From the NCBI RefSeq assembly GCF_009914755.1, contig NC_060929.1: 64,000 nt of DNA; one strand, 5' to 3'. The DNA comes from the human T2T-CHM13v2.0 reference genome, Homo sapiens. The notes under the pieces were generated by a model, which did not search any database, had not been told where the DNA came from, and saw only the letters and a program-made list of their open reading frames with translations. Positions 28,718-44,000 of the stretch are shown piece after piece (position 1 is the first letter of the stretch; each line of letters opens with the position of its first letter). The translations under genes and the position numbers were made by a program.

Positions 28718-29200
28718 TGGCAGAAACTGCTATTGTAAGATGCTCACATTCAATCCCTCATCATTCCATAATAATTAAACCCCCAATTTTCAGAGGAACA
28801 TAAAGAATCCCAGAATATAAACCATAAAGCTTCCCAGCCTCTCTCATGCAAGGTGTGACCATATGACTAAGTTATGACAAATAGATTATAAGCAGGATAG
28901 ATCTGAATAAATTTCTAATTATGTATTTATAGAGAAAGCCATGTCCATCCCTTTCCTCCTTTCTTCTATCCTGCTTGGAACACAATCATGCTATAGAGAC
29001 ATCTTGGATAATGTCAATGAGAGAGAACTGTAGGGGTGGTGAAGCAATAACGTATTAGGAGCCTAGTTTTCTCAATAACTTCAATAAGCAGAACCACCGT
29101 ACCAACCTTAATAGTCTATCCCCAAAACGATATATGAGAAAGAAATATGCTTCTGTCTTATTCAATATATTTTCATTTAAGATCTCTGTCAAATGCAACT
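28718..29200 (+). mobile_element. Old MaLR LTR (MLT1J/K-like) within L2 remnants
   Basis: ttcccagcctctctc..aggtgtgaccatatgactaagtt; gagaaagaaatatgcttctgtctt. Confidence 0.6.
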
Positions 29201-29837
29201 GTAGTTGAAGAGTATGGGCTTTATCCAAAATACAATGGGAGTCAATAATAGGGTATCTTTCTTTTTTTTTTTTAAGAAGGCAATTTGGTCAGCCTTCCCT
29301 TTTGAAAGTTCACTCTTGATTCAGTATACAGAACTTATAGTGGGGGGTCATAAGATAGGAAGGGAGAAAATTTAGATTACTTCATTAATTGGGAAGAGAG
29401 ATTTGGTAGAAGCAGTGGACATAGAAAAAAACAGAAAAACTCAAGAAATAATAGATCTCTAGAAATAAAAATCTAATTAGGTATACAGGAAAGCAAGAGA
29501 CTCAGGTTTTTTCTTATACAACTAGGTGGGTGGTAGTATTATTCACTGATATAATTAATGCAGAATTTAATGTATTCATTTAGTACACTTGGTACATAAT
29601 AGACTGTCAAGAAATGTAGCTATTATTTTGTCAATTTACTGATTATTGCTATGCTTTACAGATTTGCTAAGTAAAATATTGGCTTTATCCTATTTAAAAT
29701 ATCTAGTGGGGGTCATACAAGACAAAGTCTGGAATTCTTTGAGATTCAACTTGACATGGATATATCATTTAAAAGCCCAAGTCCCATAAATAAAAATGAA
29801 ATTCTACAGCTTATTTGGAGCACAGACTGTTAAGAAC

Positions 29838-30285
29838 TGTGAGGGTTCTGAGATTTCACCCCACTTTCAAGTTAACAAGTTATCCTGTCCCAGTTTTTTT
29901 AATGCTGGCAGAAGACATGAGACACCTGAATCAGAGGCAAAGGCTTTATTACTCTCAGCAATAGCAGTATCCAGAGCATCAGTATTTCCTCACATTGGTT
30001 GCATTTTGTAGTTCGCACAAAATGCTGTGAGGAGGGTCAATTCTGATGACACCCTCACCTGCAGTGCAAGGGAGAATCTCTAAGCTGAGGAAACCTGAAT
30101 GTTTTGTACTACACCATAAGCAAGCATAGGTTTTACTCTGGAGGGAGGCAGTATCTCTGTCTTCCAAGGATATATGTTTTCAAGGAAAACATTATTGAAA
30201 AGAGAGATCAGAATAGATGCATTCAGTGTCTCATTTGCAAAATTTAAAGAAATGCAAGAGACCTATGGAGAACTGTCTCCTGATA
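29838..30285 (-). mobile_element. Solo ERVL LTR (LTR40-like)
   Basis: tgtgagggttctgagatttcacccc ... gagacctatggagaactgtctcc; homologous to 4591-5040. Confidence 0.78.
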
Positions 30286-30444
30286 CTCACTAGACACTGA
30301 GACCTACCTATACCTCCTAGGTAATAGGGTTATAAAATCTTACGTAGTGACATATTTGCCTTTCCTTGCATACTTTGGCCAAGATTATATTCTTAAAATA
30401 CATTTTGTTTATATTGGATAATTCAGCACTTTGGTAGTTAAATT

Positions 30445-30985
30445 TGACTAACATTTATTACAAGCTTGCCTGGAGCAACATGTCATGTTCAGTACTATTG
30501 TAAATAGAAAGTTGAATAACATGGTTCATATTCTCTAGATACTCAGTCTAGTGGAAGATACAGGCATCTAAAACCTAATGTAAAGACATGCTATATAATG
30601 GAAGTAGAGAAAATTATGGGATAATAGAAGAGAACAATACTGATCTTAAAGAAGGCAGAATTTGAGATGGAAAAAGAATGGATAGATCTTAAAGGGATGG
30701 ATGGACTCATTGGTATGGGGCAGTAGAGAATGAAAAATGGGTTTAAAGTCGACCACACTGACAACAATATAAAGAATAGTTTAGAGAGAATACTGGAGAT
30801 AGTGAGATCCCTCTAGCTACATCTCTAGCTATTGTTCCAGACAAAGCGTTAATGGCAATTTGAATTAAGGCAGTATTAGTGTCATTAGAAAAGAAGAATT
30901 CACTGAAGAGACGGGAGAAGCAATTGTGATCTCAATGTGTTGGTTAGGATAAGAGAAAGGGGGAAATTAAAAATAATCCAGATAA
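30445..30985 (-). mobile_element. L2 remnant
   Basis: aacatttatt..; actcagtctagtggaagatac; purine-rich L2 antisense tract. Confidence 0.5.
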
Positions 30986-31029
30986 GATCAGTAAAATGAC
31001 CAAATCATTCTGGTTTAGGGGCTACTTCT

Positions 31030-31460
31030 GCCTGGGTTTATGACCTAACTTGAGCATTCTACATATTCGTTCTTCCCTATGCCCAATGTTTGGTTTAGAG
31101 ATGGGTCTGTTATGCAAGTCAGTCTGCCATACTCAAATCTAGGACTTTGGCTTGAACTGTTAGAAGCAAATTTTTTTCTTTGTGCTGGTCATTGACATGT
31201 TGTTAACATTGGAGCCTTGAGTGGTAACACAAAGAAAAAGCAGATTGGGAGGAAAGTCATCTGAAAAATAAAAAATAAAACAAGTAAATAAATAAAAAAC
31301 ATGATTAAGAGGTAAAGAGAGATGGTGACATAACTTGAGATTTTTAAACCATCCATCCTGCAAATGAATGACACTGCTGAATTTTTCAGTCTTGGGAGCC
31401 AATCACCATATTTAAGTTGTGTTTCTTTCATTTGTAACTGAAAATGTTCTAACTGAATCA
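31030..31460 (+). mobile_element. Old MaLR LTR (MLT1K/L-like)
   Basis: ttggtttagagatggg..; ends tcatttgtaactgaaaatgttctaactga. Confidence 0.5.
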
Positions 31461-33334
31461 AGGCTGCCCCACTTGAAATGTACAGGATTTTAGTCCATCC
31501 AACAGGATTTCTATAGAAAGTTTTGCCTCAGTAAATACAAGGTTGGACTACATGATATCTAAAGTCTCTTCCAATCCCAAGTGTCTATGGCAGATTGAAT
31601 TTTAAAAGAACAAGCAGGAGAGTTGGAATCTATTGGCATTAATACTATATCTATGAAACATAGCTTTGGAAGCATCTTTGCATTTTCCATACTACATTTA
31701 AATACAGCAAAACCTATTCCATAGAATGTGTATAGATGACTCTCTGTACTCTTTAATTATATAACAGAATGTAAGAAGAATGTTGAGAAAAAAATCAACA
31801 ATATGATGAAACATCATCAGCATAGTGCAATGAGGAACGTAGTCAGTCCCCTCTATATACACATCAATCATGGCAGAACCAGAAATGGATATGTAGCCTT
31901 GTTGGGAAGTACCTCACAGAATTGCTTTAGAACACTGAGTCATAAAGCTCTTAGCTTAATGAGTTGGTAACATTTTGCAAATTTGCTTAAAACACGTTGC
32001 TTTCCAGACTATGTTAACAGATTCCAACAGTTCTTGCCAACACACTCATCCTAAACAATTACATTAAGATCCATAAGGCCGTGTTTACAGTTCTGAGGAG
32101 CAAATGTATTGTTAATGGGCCATAAACTATCCTCTGACTCAATAGTTTGGCTCTTTGAAATTTGTGTAATAGTCAACGGAAAAATTCCAACATCTACTTG
32201 GCATGGAAGTGGAATTAGCTTCAGGGATATAAAACTAAATGCTGAGAAGCATCTCTTCCCCACATTTCTGATCTGATGTGCTTTTCATATAAAATAAAAC
32301 AATTTACACAAAAACTTGAAAGAACATCATCGCCATAGTTTAGAATCGTTTTATATGTTATAGCAAAAAGTAAATAATCATGATGAGCCATCAAAACTCC
32401 CATGTGTACAATATTCTCAGTATTCTCTCAGACTGTTTTTCAAATCTCTTGTGAAATGGCTGCATCAGTGAGTCACAAATAGTCTGTGAGCAGACATTAA
32501 TTGCAGCTTCATGCTTGTCATGCCTGTTGTTATCTGAGACTGTTTTCAGGCTGCCAAAAATCCAGTTGTGCCAAACTACTGTTTTTATCTTCCTATAAAA
32601 TTCTGTGACTGCCTCTCATACCTGTTTTCCATCTTCTTATCTTCCTCTTATTTTGCCTCTTTCTCTTCTGTTATCTCTCTATAGTTCTGCTACATTCCCT
32701 CCTCACTCCAGGCATTCTTCTTGTTTTAAGCTAACATCTCTCAGTTCCTTCTTTCCAGATGGATCCACTTTCTCTTGCTGATAATTTCCATTCATCTTAA
32801 TACACTTTTAAAATTAACCCAAATCATGCTTTGCCTGCCTTTTTCCTTGTTTAGTTTTATTTTTTTTCAATCTCAGGTTTCTTTCCATTTTTCCCTTCTT
32901 TGTAACCTTTCAATGATTAAATCATTTGACATTTATATATAATAATATGCAACTTTGCACAAGAAATTATTTGGGTTACTATATAGATGTGAAGATGTCT
33001 AGATTCAGATATCAAGGACATTTTTATGTCTAAGAGTAGCTATGTCACAAGAATATCCTTGGCATAAATAAACACTCTTTTTTTCTGGGTCTGTGAGCTG
33101 ATGTGTGACAAATACAGAGAATAATATTTTTCTCTCACTTTAGCAACTTCTCAGAAGTTTAGAAGAAGTGGAAAATAGCCTTTGACCTTATGCATGCCTT
33201 GTGTTCCTACAGTAGAAATAGTGATGGACATCATGTTGTATTTTAGGCTGTTAAACTGAGAAAGCAGCCGAAATGCCAGCTTTCATAGTCCTGGTCCCTG
33301 GCATACAGCTTGTCTGAGACTGATCGTAAAGACA

Positions 33335-33580
33335 ATAATAATAATATCTAATGTCTATTCTATACTTTGTACATATTAAGCACAATTCCAAGCATGCTTT
33401 AAAGCATTATCTCATTTATACAACTTTTAAAGATAAGACCAATTATTATTACCACTTCATAGGTGAGGACAACAAAGCACAAAGCTTAAGTAACTTTCAA
33501 AAATATGCAGTCAATAAGCAGTGGATTCAGATTTCAAATCCAGGCAGTCTGATTCTAGGACCCATACTCTTAACCACAAA
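33335..33580 (-). mobile_element. MIR SINE
   Basis: cattatctcattta, cataggtgaggacaac, atttcaaatccaggcagtctgattc..ctcttaaccac. Confidence 0.85.
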
Positions 33581-34539
33581 ATGAAATGATAGGACTCAAG
33601 GAATTTCCTGAATCCTCCATTCTCTCCCTTATCTTGCATCCTCTATCCAGTCCTACCACAATGTGCCCTTCTCAAGAGGCCTACGCCAATTAACACACTT
33701 AAAATTGCAGCATACCTGTCCATCAAAATTTTTTATTCCTTACTCTGACTTTTAGGGCCCAGAATAAATCACTCACACTCTGGGCACCTCATGCCTTAGC
33801 CTTCTGATTGGAGGCTTCCTTAGGCTGATCCTGAGTGAGCTATAGTCAGTGTGTTTTGAAGAGTTCCAGGTCTTCATAGCACCTAGCTTGTATGTTTTTG
33901 TAATACTTTGAGTACATAATATCATAAATATATATTATCTGTCTCTGCAGGAACCAGATGAATCTGCCACTTACACTTATTAGATTGTGCTGTTGAACTA
34001 GTGGTTAATCTTCATGTGCAAGCAATACAATATAAGCTTAATGAAAGAATGGATAGTTTATTATAAAAATCCAGGTGTCCTCTTTTCATGCTCAGATATG
34101 CAATCAAACTTGTTCTGATCGATTTTTTAACTTGTTGAGGAAAACCTTATACCTAATCTCTGATGTGGAAATACCATTTATCTAAAGGCAAGAAATTCTG
34201 ACTTTGGCTAGAAAGATACTAGTATTTTTGTAGTATTTGTACTACTTTTAGAATTCTTATAATAGAAGTAATTCTGGGCTGAAATTCAATTACCTGGGTT
34301 CTATAAATAATTCTAGTGCCAAGGAATTGTGTGACAATAAACATGTCATTTTTCTTATGCTAGCCTCAGATTTTTCTTCTATAAATGTAGCTAATTCAAC
34401 TTGGATGATATCTAAGTTTCTCACCAATTCTCAAATTCAGATATTGATTATCTGAAATACTCATATAAACTAGAATTTAGTGGTCCTAATAATTGCATAG
34501 GGTAATTGCATATTTATGTGACTTTACATGAATTATAAG

Positions 34540-34664
34540 TAGGATGACTCTTTTTATTTGCATGGAACAGTCCCAATTTGCAACATCTCCTTATAATTAT
34601 TAGCAGCACCTCCTTTTACTCTCAAAATTGTCCTAGTTTTTATAATAAATTATAAATCACCCTA
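34540..34664 (-). mobile_element. MER94-like hAT-Blackjack MITE
   Basis: Termini taggatgac / atcacccta; internal ataattattagcagcacctccttttactctcaaaattgtcc. Confidence 0.65.
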
Positions 34665-34714
34665 GGTTTAGCTTTGTCTTTGGAATATGTAGCATGTTAT
34701 TCCACATGTATAAA

Positions 34715-35252
34715 AAACATAAGTCTACACAAAAATGTGCACGTGGATGTTTATAGAAGCTTTATTCATAATTGCCACACTTAGAGGCTACCAAGATGTT
34801 AGCCAGTAGGTTAATGAATAAGTAAATAATGATACATTCAGATAATGGAATATTATTCAGTGCTAAAAAAGAAATAAGTTATCAAGTCATGAAAAGACAT
34901 GGAGGAATCTTAAGTGCATATTACTAGGTGAAAGAAGTGAATCTGAAAGTGCTACATGCTGCAAAATTTCAACTAAATGACATTTTAGAAAAGATAAAAC
35001 TGTGGAAACAGTAAAGGATCCATGGCTGCCTGCCAAGAGTTAGTAGGGAGAGAGGATGAAGAGGCACACAGGTACTTTAGGGAAGTGATATTATAATATT
35101 CTTTATGATACTATAATTGTGGATACATGTTATAGACTTGCAAAAACCCATAGAATGCACAACAGGAAGAATGAACCCTAATGTAAACAATGGACTTTGG
35201 GTGACAATTATGTGTCACTGCAAGTTCATCAATTTTAACAAAAGTACCACCC
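34715..35252 (+). mobile_element. L1MC (MC1-like) 3' fragment
   Basis: gtcatgaaaagacatggaggaatcttaagtgcatattact; atgaaccctaatgtaaacaatggactttgggtga. Confidence 0.8.
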
Positions 35253-35728
35253 TGGCCTATCTGAATCTAAGGATGTCTCCTGCTGCTTTTGAAACTGTTA
35301 ATGTCAGGTACTCATTACTATAGTTAGTAAAGAAAGACAGTTTCAAAATGCAGTGTAGCTCTCATATGATGCTTATGAGAATATGAGGTTTTATGGCTTT
35401 TGAGGAAACTAAATGGTACCATATACATTTAAGATCCACATACAATTCAACCCAGTGATTCCGTGTTACAGATCAATTCTAGAAAAAAAAGTCACATTAT
35501 ATAAGAATATAAACACATACACAAGTACATCTGAACTATGTTTATTGATTTGATAGGATATTCATTATGTGAAGAAAATTAATAGGCATATGTATGATCC
35601 CATTTTTATAAAAATAAACAGGATAAGGAAGAAGATGATTAAAAAATAAAACCCATATGAAAATATCAAACTATCAGTAGTGGAATATTAAAAGAAAATG
35701 TAGAAAATAAAATACAATCAATAATATT

Positions 35729-35874
35729 ACAAGATAAGCATCCCTAATTCAAAAACCCAAAGTCCAAATTGCTCCAAACCCAAAACATCCTCAGTGTCGA
35801 CATGCCGCTGCAAGTAGAAAATTCTACCCCTGACCTGATGGGAAGGGTTGAAGTCAAATTGCAGTCAAAGCTTT
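35729..35874 (+). mobile_element. Tigger4/MER46-like fragment
   Basis: agcatccctaattcaaaaacccaaagtccaaattgctccaaa..gacatg..gaaaattc. Confidence 0.7.
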
Positions 35875-35892
35875 GAAAATGGCAAACAGGAG

Positions 35893-37135
<1,243 letters not shown>

Positions 37136-38359
37136 ATATGTTTAATTTTATATATATATAATATATAATTCAAAAGAAAAAATAAGAATTATAATTATTA
37201 ATCACTAGTATAGTATTAGGTTTTTATTCATTTTCCCCAAGTAAATAAAATCAGTGTTTTGAGTTTCTTGTAGATATGTTATTTAACATGATATCTGACA
37301 AAGTAAGAAGTTGATAAATATGAGTGATAAGCATTATGATACCATATAATAAGAGAAAAATGTAAGAAAACTTTGGATCACCAGCAACCTTGCAAATATT
37401 ACCACTGTTATATGAAGCCAAAATAAGAATTTTCTGATGCAGCATACATAAGTATCTGTTGAATGTGGTATGAAACTACCGTAAGAAGATAATGGTTAGC
37501 AAGATTGTATCAAGAACAAAATGAGAAAAGGGCAGTAGGAACAAATGAATGACAATAGAGAACAGACAAGTAATACAAAGTAATTTACTGTTTGCACCGA
37601 CCGTCCAAAGAAACAAATGCAGGAATTGAGTCTTCCTGCTTTCCAGTGGCAACTTGAAAGAAAAGCAATCTTGGGAAACATTATAAACAAAATGTTACAT
37701 ATCCTGAAAATGAATTCTTTATAGGTTGTTACTTTGATCATTAATAAATACAGTCACAGATGAATTTAGGTGGATGATTTAATTTGCCAATTTTGCTTAG
37801 CCACTGTCCAACCACCCCATTTGTGGAACAGAATAGGGAAGGAGTACTCTTAGGGGGAGAGGACGGAAGTATCACTATTTATAAGCTGTGCATTCTGAAA
37901 GAGTTATATAATAAGTTTGGAAGAAGCTAGGTTTTCATACCTATTTTGGGCAAGTACAATGTCAATTCTCAGGCTCAAGGTTTACAAGTTTTTATGAACA
38001 GAGGACCAGCAGTATTTACCCTTTAAAAAATCATATAATTTAAGAGATGGAAAGAATAAAACAAAGATATAAGTTCTTCATTTGTATAAAAATGGTAATA
38101 TTACCTACATATAGGGTTCATATTAAGATCAATTACTACAATCCACATAAAAACCATTAATAAATGTCATTTATTAATATTATTATGAAATAATTATTAA
38201 TCCTTAGTTTCCACCTCAGGATATTTCCTAAGACCTACAATGTAGTGTAAATTTGATTCTGTTTCTGTTTTGTATTTCCTTCTGTTATTGGCCCTTCTGT
38301 TTTTTGATATGATTTTCATGAACTTCCTATAAATGGGCTAATTGACCTTTCTCACCAGC

Positions 38360-38790
38360 TTCAAGGTAGAAGCATGACCTAGGCCTAACACTATCAATAA
38401 ATTCCATGCCTCTGGCTACTGTGATTGTTTCAAGATAGCAATATGACTAAAAGCAAAGCTAATCAGAACAGTGAGAATTTTTGCTAGAGTCATGGGGAAA
38501 GGGATTCATTAAATTTGAATTTGAATTTGAATTTGGGAGGATGTAGTGTTGAAACTTCTGCATTCACATTGCTACCATCCAGAGATCATATATTTGAGAT
38601 TGAAGTTAACACAAATGCGCCAAAATAAAGCCAAAAATAAAGCGAGAAGCTGGATGCTAATGGGTGTTTGAGATCCATGAATCAAGCTACACCATTAGAC
38701 TGTTGGGATATATGGGCCCATAACTTCCTTTTCTTTAAGCCAATTTTTAAATTCATTTCTCTCCTTGGGACAATTATATCAGACCCTACC
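38360..38790 (+). mobile_element. Old MaLR LTR (MLT1L-like)
   Basis: gcatgacctaggcc..ggctactgtgattgtttcaag; ttccttttctttaagcca. Confidence 0.5.
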
Positions 38791-39847
38791 CTTGACCTAT
38801 CCTCTGTAACCTGAGTCCTTTAGTGAGATTTTCAGGAATATGACTAAAAAATAAAATCTTCTCTGACATTTTATCAACTGCAAAACTCTAGATATTCTGA
38901 TATTTCCACACGAATCTTCAGTGTATTGAGTGGTTCGAATATCAAAACTGAGAAAATAGAACTGACCATATTGGCTTTTTGAGGTTATTCGTTGTCATGC
39001 TCAGCAATACAAAAAAATTGAGAGCTTGACTTCAAAATAAATATGCAAACAACTATTATTTACATGAATAAATAAGTCATTTCATTATGCTGGGAAGTTT
39101 ATTCTTTATTGTAGGAAGGAAAGCAAAAATCAGCAATAGTAAATTCCATAATACTCTGATAATTAACTCCTGATACACCTTTAAACTGCCAGATATGTAG
39201 ATTTTACTCTGATGAAACAGAACTGTATTTGATATGTTATTGGAATATTTGTGCATAGCTATGTAAGCTGAGACCATTATCAGGAACCAGTCAAATTCAA
39301 GTGATGCTACTGTATTTTTAAATTATTTCTCTTAGTATCCTAGCATCAAATGGTGGGGATAGGTCACAGTTGGAGTTGGTAGAGAAAGCAGGCATAATAG
39401 ACTTGTATTGAGGCAGAAAGGAGGAAGAGGTGAGTTAAGGACAGGGAAAAAAGAGGCTGAGGGGTGATCACTGACTTTAGTAGTGTTAAAAATGCCAAGG
39501 GCAAGATTCAAGGCAGGAGAGACATAAAATCAGGAGACTGAGATTTCTCGTCCTCTGGAACAGACTGTTTCCTGTGGTGGCTCTTCAGCACTCTGGATAG
39601 CTCCCAAGATACATAAGCACTGGAACTAAATCCAAAGCTTTTTCCTTTAAGGCGTTTTATCCTATAACTCAACCATCCAACTGGCCCTTTCCCATCAAGC
39701 ACAATATTCTGATCATCCAAGTGATGTTACTAGTTTTGCTAAACTCAGTTTCTGTGGTCTAGAGATAAACCACAAAAACTTTTTATCTTCACATCAGTTG
39801 TGAATTTGTGTCTTAGTCATCTTTCTGTGTAGCATCTACAAGAATTG

Positions 39848-39849
<2 letters not shown>

Positions 39850-39880
<31 letters not shown>

Positions 39881-40026
39881 AGACAGGCCTTCACTCTGTA
39901 ACTCAGGCTGGAGTGTAGTTGCTCAGTCACAGCTCACCACAGCCTCAACCTCTTAGACTCAAGTGATCCTCCCACCTCAGCCTCCCATTAGCTCCAACTA
40001 CAGGCATGAACCACAATGCCCACCTA
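39850..40026 (-). mobile_element. FRAM / AluJ right monomer
   Basis: T-tail, cagctcaccacagcctcaacctc..ctcaagtgatcctcccacctcagcc; degenerate TSD agaattgtctt / agaaattatctt. Confidence 0.85.
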
Positions 40027-40069
40027 AGAAATTATCTTATAGCTATTATGTTAGGATGAATAGGCAAGG

Positions 40070-40480
40070 ATGAGAAGATAAGGATGTACAAAGATATTTG
40101 TTAGAAGATTGTTTAAAATATAAATATTCCAAAAAACCTGAATCTTCATCTATGGGAAAATAAATATATAAATTGTAGTATATCTATATAAAGAAATAGT
40201 ATGTCATAATGAAATATAACAACATATACACAATGATATAGAATAATTTCCAAAATATGCTATTAAGATAATTTTTAAAGATGGAAAACAAAAGAGAAGT
40301 GCTGCAGAGTAGTGTGAACAGTGTATTTCTACCAATGGAAAAAGATTAATATGCTTTTATGTGAAAATAATATTACTGGAAGGTTAAATAAGAAACTGGT
40401 AATAGCCTCTAGGAAGAAGATCTATTGAACTGTTTGAGTTTTTACCATGTACACGTATTATTCTTTCCAATAAAAATGCT
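40070..40480 (+). mobile_element. L1ME 3' remnant
   Basis: aataaatatataaattgtagtatatc; ctggaaagg..aagaaactggtaatag; ctgtttgagtttttaccatgt. Confidence 0.55.
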
Positions 40481-40831
40481 GTTTATACGTGCATTTTAAA
40501 GGTAAAATTTAGAGGAATAAAGAATTGTAACCGTAACCATTGTGCTCCTTTGCAACCTCCATTAATAGATGCAGTAAGCTCTCATAAACCTGAGCCATTT
40601 GGCAAAGATTCCTGTGGTTCATTGCTATTTTTTAGTCCTTTTCTCTAAAACTTGAAAAAACAGGTTGACTCCCAGAAACAATTTTCAGTTATTGGCAAGT
40701 CTAATTCTGTATATTCAAAATCCTGTTTATGACTCTTCAAAGTGATTAAAAGAACACTCTTAAGCAGTTCTCATGAACTTTCAGAGAAGCAATAATATGG
40801 GAAACAAAAGTCACAGACATTTCTTCCAGAA

Positions 40832-41092
40832 CACATCGTTCTGTGGTTAACTTGGTTAAGATCTTCCGCCCATAGAAATCAGATGCCAGCAATTTCTGAG
40901 AATTTCATCCCACTCAATAGTGCATAATGACTGCGGGATAAATCAATGTCTTAGAAATCTGAAAAACTCTGAAAAAGAACATCTAATGTGACCTGTGGGG
41001 TCATAAGAGGAAAGATATATAGTAATATTCTGGTAGTGTTTATCTCTGGTGAGATCATATCTTAACCTATATTTGTGTGTATTTTATATATA
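40832..41092 (+). repeat. Left arm of inverted duplication (block A 40832-41000 plus block B 41001-41092)
   Basis: Manual alignment: A is the reverse complement of 45121-45289 (11 mismatches in 169 bp, no gaps); B is the reverse complement of 44601-44692 (9 mismatches in 92 bp). Confidence 0.95.
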
Positions 41093-44000
41093 TATAATAT
41101 ATATATATACTATAGAGCATGTATAATATATATACTATATTTACTTTATGTTATATATACTATATTTACTTATATATTTAGTATATATAGTACATATAAT
41201 ATACATATGAATTATATGTACTATATATACTATATATACTTATATATGTAGCATATATAGCATATATAGTATATATACTATATATACTAAATATATAAAT
41301 ATATAAGTATATATAAAAGTATATATAAGTATATATAGTATATATATTATATAGGATTTATACTATATATACTAATATAAATATATAAATATTATATATA
41401 TTATATATATTATATATAAATTAATATATATAAATATATTATATTAATTTATATATTTATGTATATTTAGTACATATAGTATATATACTATGTATAGTAT
41501 ATATAATTATATATTTAGTATATATAGTATATATACTTATATATTTAGTATATGTAGTATATATAGTATATATACATAAATATTTAGTATATGTAGTATA
41601 TATAGTATATATACATATATTTAGTATATATAGTATACTATATATACTATACTAAATATGTAGTATATATAAACTATATATACATACTATATATAAACTA
41701 TATAGTATATATACATATTTTATATATATAGTTTATATATACTATATTTTATATATATATAGTTTATATATACTATATTTTGTATATATATAAAATATAG
41801 TATATATAAACTATATATATATACTAAATATATATACTAAACACATACTATTATATAGTATATATAGTATATATACTATATATACTAAATATAGTAAATA
41901 TACTATACATTACATATTACTATAATACTATATATTATAAATATAGTAATATTAATTAAGTATATAGTATCATATTATAATACTACATATTTATATATTA
42001 TATATAAAATATATATAATAATATATAATATATAATACTATATATTTAATATAATATATTAAATATATAGTAATTATATGAATTAAATATATAGTAAATA
42101 TAAATTACTATATATTATAAATATAGTAATATACTATATATACTATATTTAGCATATATAGTATATATACTTATATATTTACTATATATACTATACATAC
42201 TATCTATACTTATATATTTAGTACATACTATATATAGTATATATATACTAAATATATAAGTATAGATAGTATATATAGTATATATACTAAATATAGTATA
42301 TATCAGTATACATATACTAAATATAGTATATATCAGTATATATACTAATATGTATATATTAGTATATATATACTATAGTGTATATATAATATAGTATACA
42401 TATATTAGTATTTTATATATATACTATATATATTTTATAATATATAGTATACATAATATATATTTTTTCTGGAAAATACAGAAAAGGATATATATATAAA
42501 AGGATATATATATGGATATATATAAGGATATATATAAAAGGATATATATATCCTTTTTGCATTTTCCAGAAAATATATATAGTATATACTATATATTATA
42601 TAATATATAGTATATACTATACTACTATATATACTATATATTATGTATACTATATATACTATCTATACTATATTAATATATACTACATATATTATATACT
42701 ATAGATAGTATATACCATACTAATATATATACCATATATTATATAATATATAGTATATACTATACTATATAGTATATACTCCATAGTATATTATATATAG
42801 TATATACTCTATAGTATATATAGTATATACTATAGAGTATATGCTATATAGTATAGTATATACTATATAGAATATAATATATGGTATATATATTAGTATG
42901 GTATATACTATATATAGTATATAATATATAGTATATATTAATATAGTATACATAGTGTATATAGTATACATAATATATAGTATATATACATATTAATACA
43001 GTATACATAATATATAGTATACATCATAGATAGTGTATATATAATATATATAGTATATATACTATCTATAATATGTATATTATAGATAGTATATATACAA
43101 TATTATATATTCTATATATACAATATATATACAATATTGTATATATAATATAGTATACATAATATATAGTATATGTGGTATATATAGTATATATATAGTA
43201 TATATAGTATATATAGTATATACTCTATAGTATATATAGTTTATATAGTATATACTCTATAGTATATATAGTATATAGTATATAGTATATACAGAGTATA
43301 TATAGTATATAGAGTATATACTATATACTATATATTATGCGCTATATTATATACTATACCAATATATACCATATATTATATACTATGTATAGTTTATACT
43401 GTATAGTATATACTATGTATAGTATATACTACACTTATATATGCTATATGTTATATACTGTATATAGTATATACTATTGTATATATACTATATATTATGT
43501 GCTATAGTATATACTATACTTATATATACTAGCAATTATATACTATAGTATATACCATACTAATATATATACTATATATAATATACTATATAGCATATAC
43601 CATATATAATAAACTATATATAGTATATACTATATATAATATACTATATATAGTGTATACTATAGTTATATATACTATATATTATATACTATATATAGTA
43701 TATAGTTTATATTACATACTCTTTGTAGTATATACTATACTAATATATACTATATATTATATACTGTATATAGTGTATACTATACTATATGTACTATATA
43801 TTATGTGCTATAGTATATACTATACTAATATATAAGCTAAATATTATATACTATAGTATATGCTACACTTATATATACTATATATTATATGCTATATATA
43901 GTATATACTATGTTATATGCTATATGTATTATATACTACATATAGCATATGCTATATGTAGTATATACTATGTATAGCATATGCTATGTGTAGTATATAC

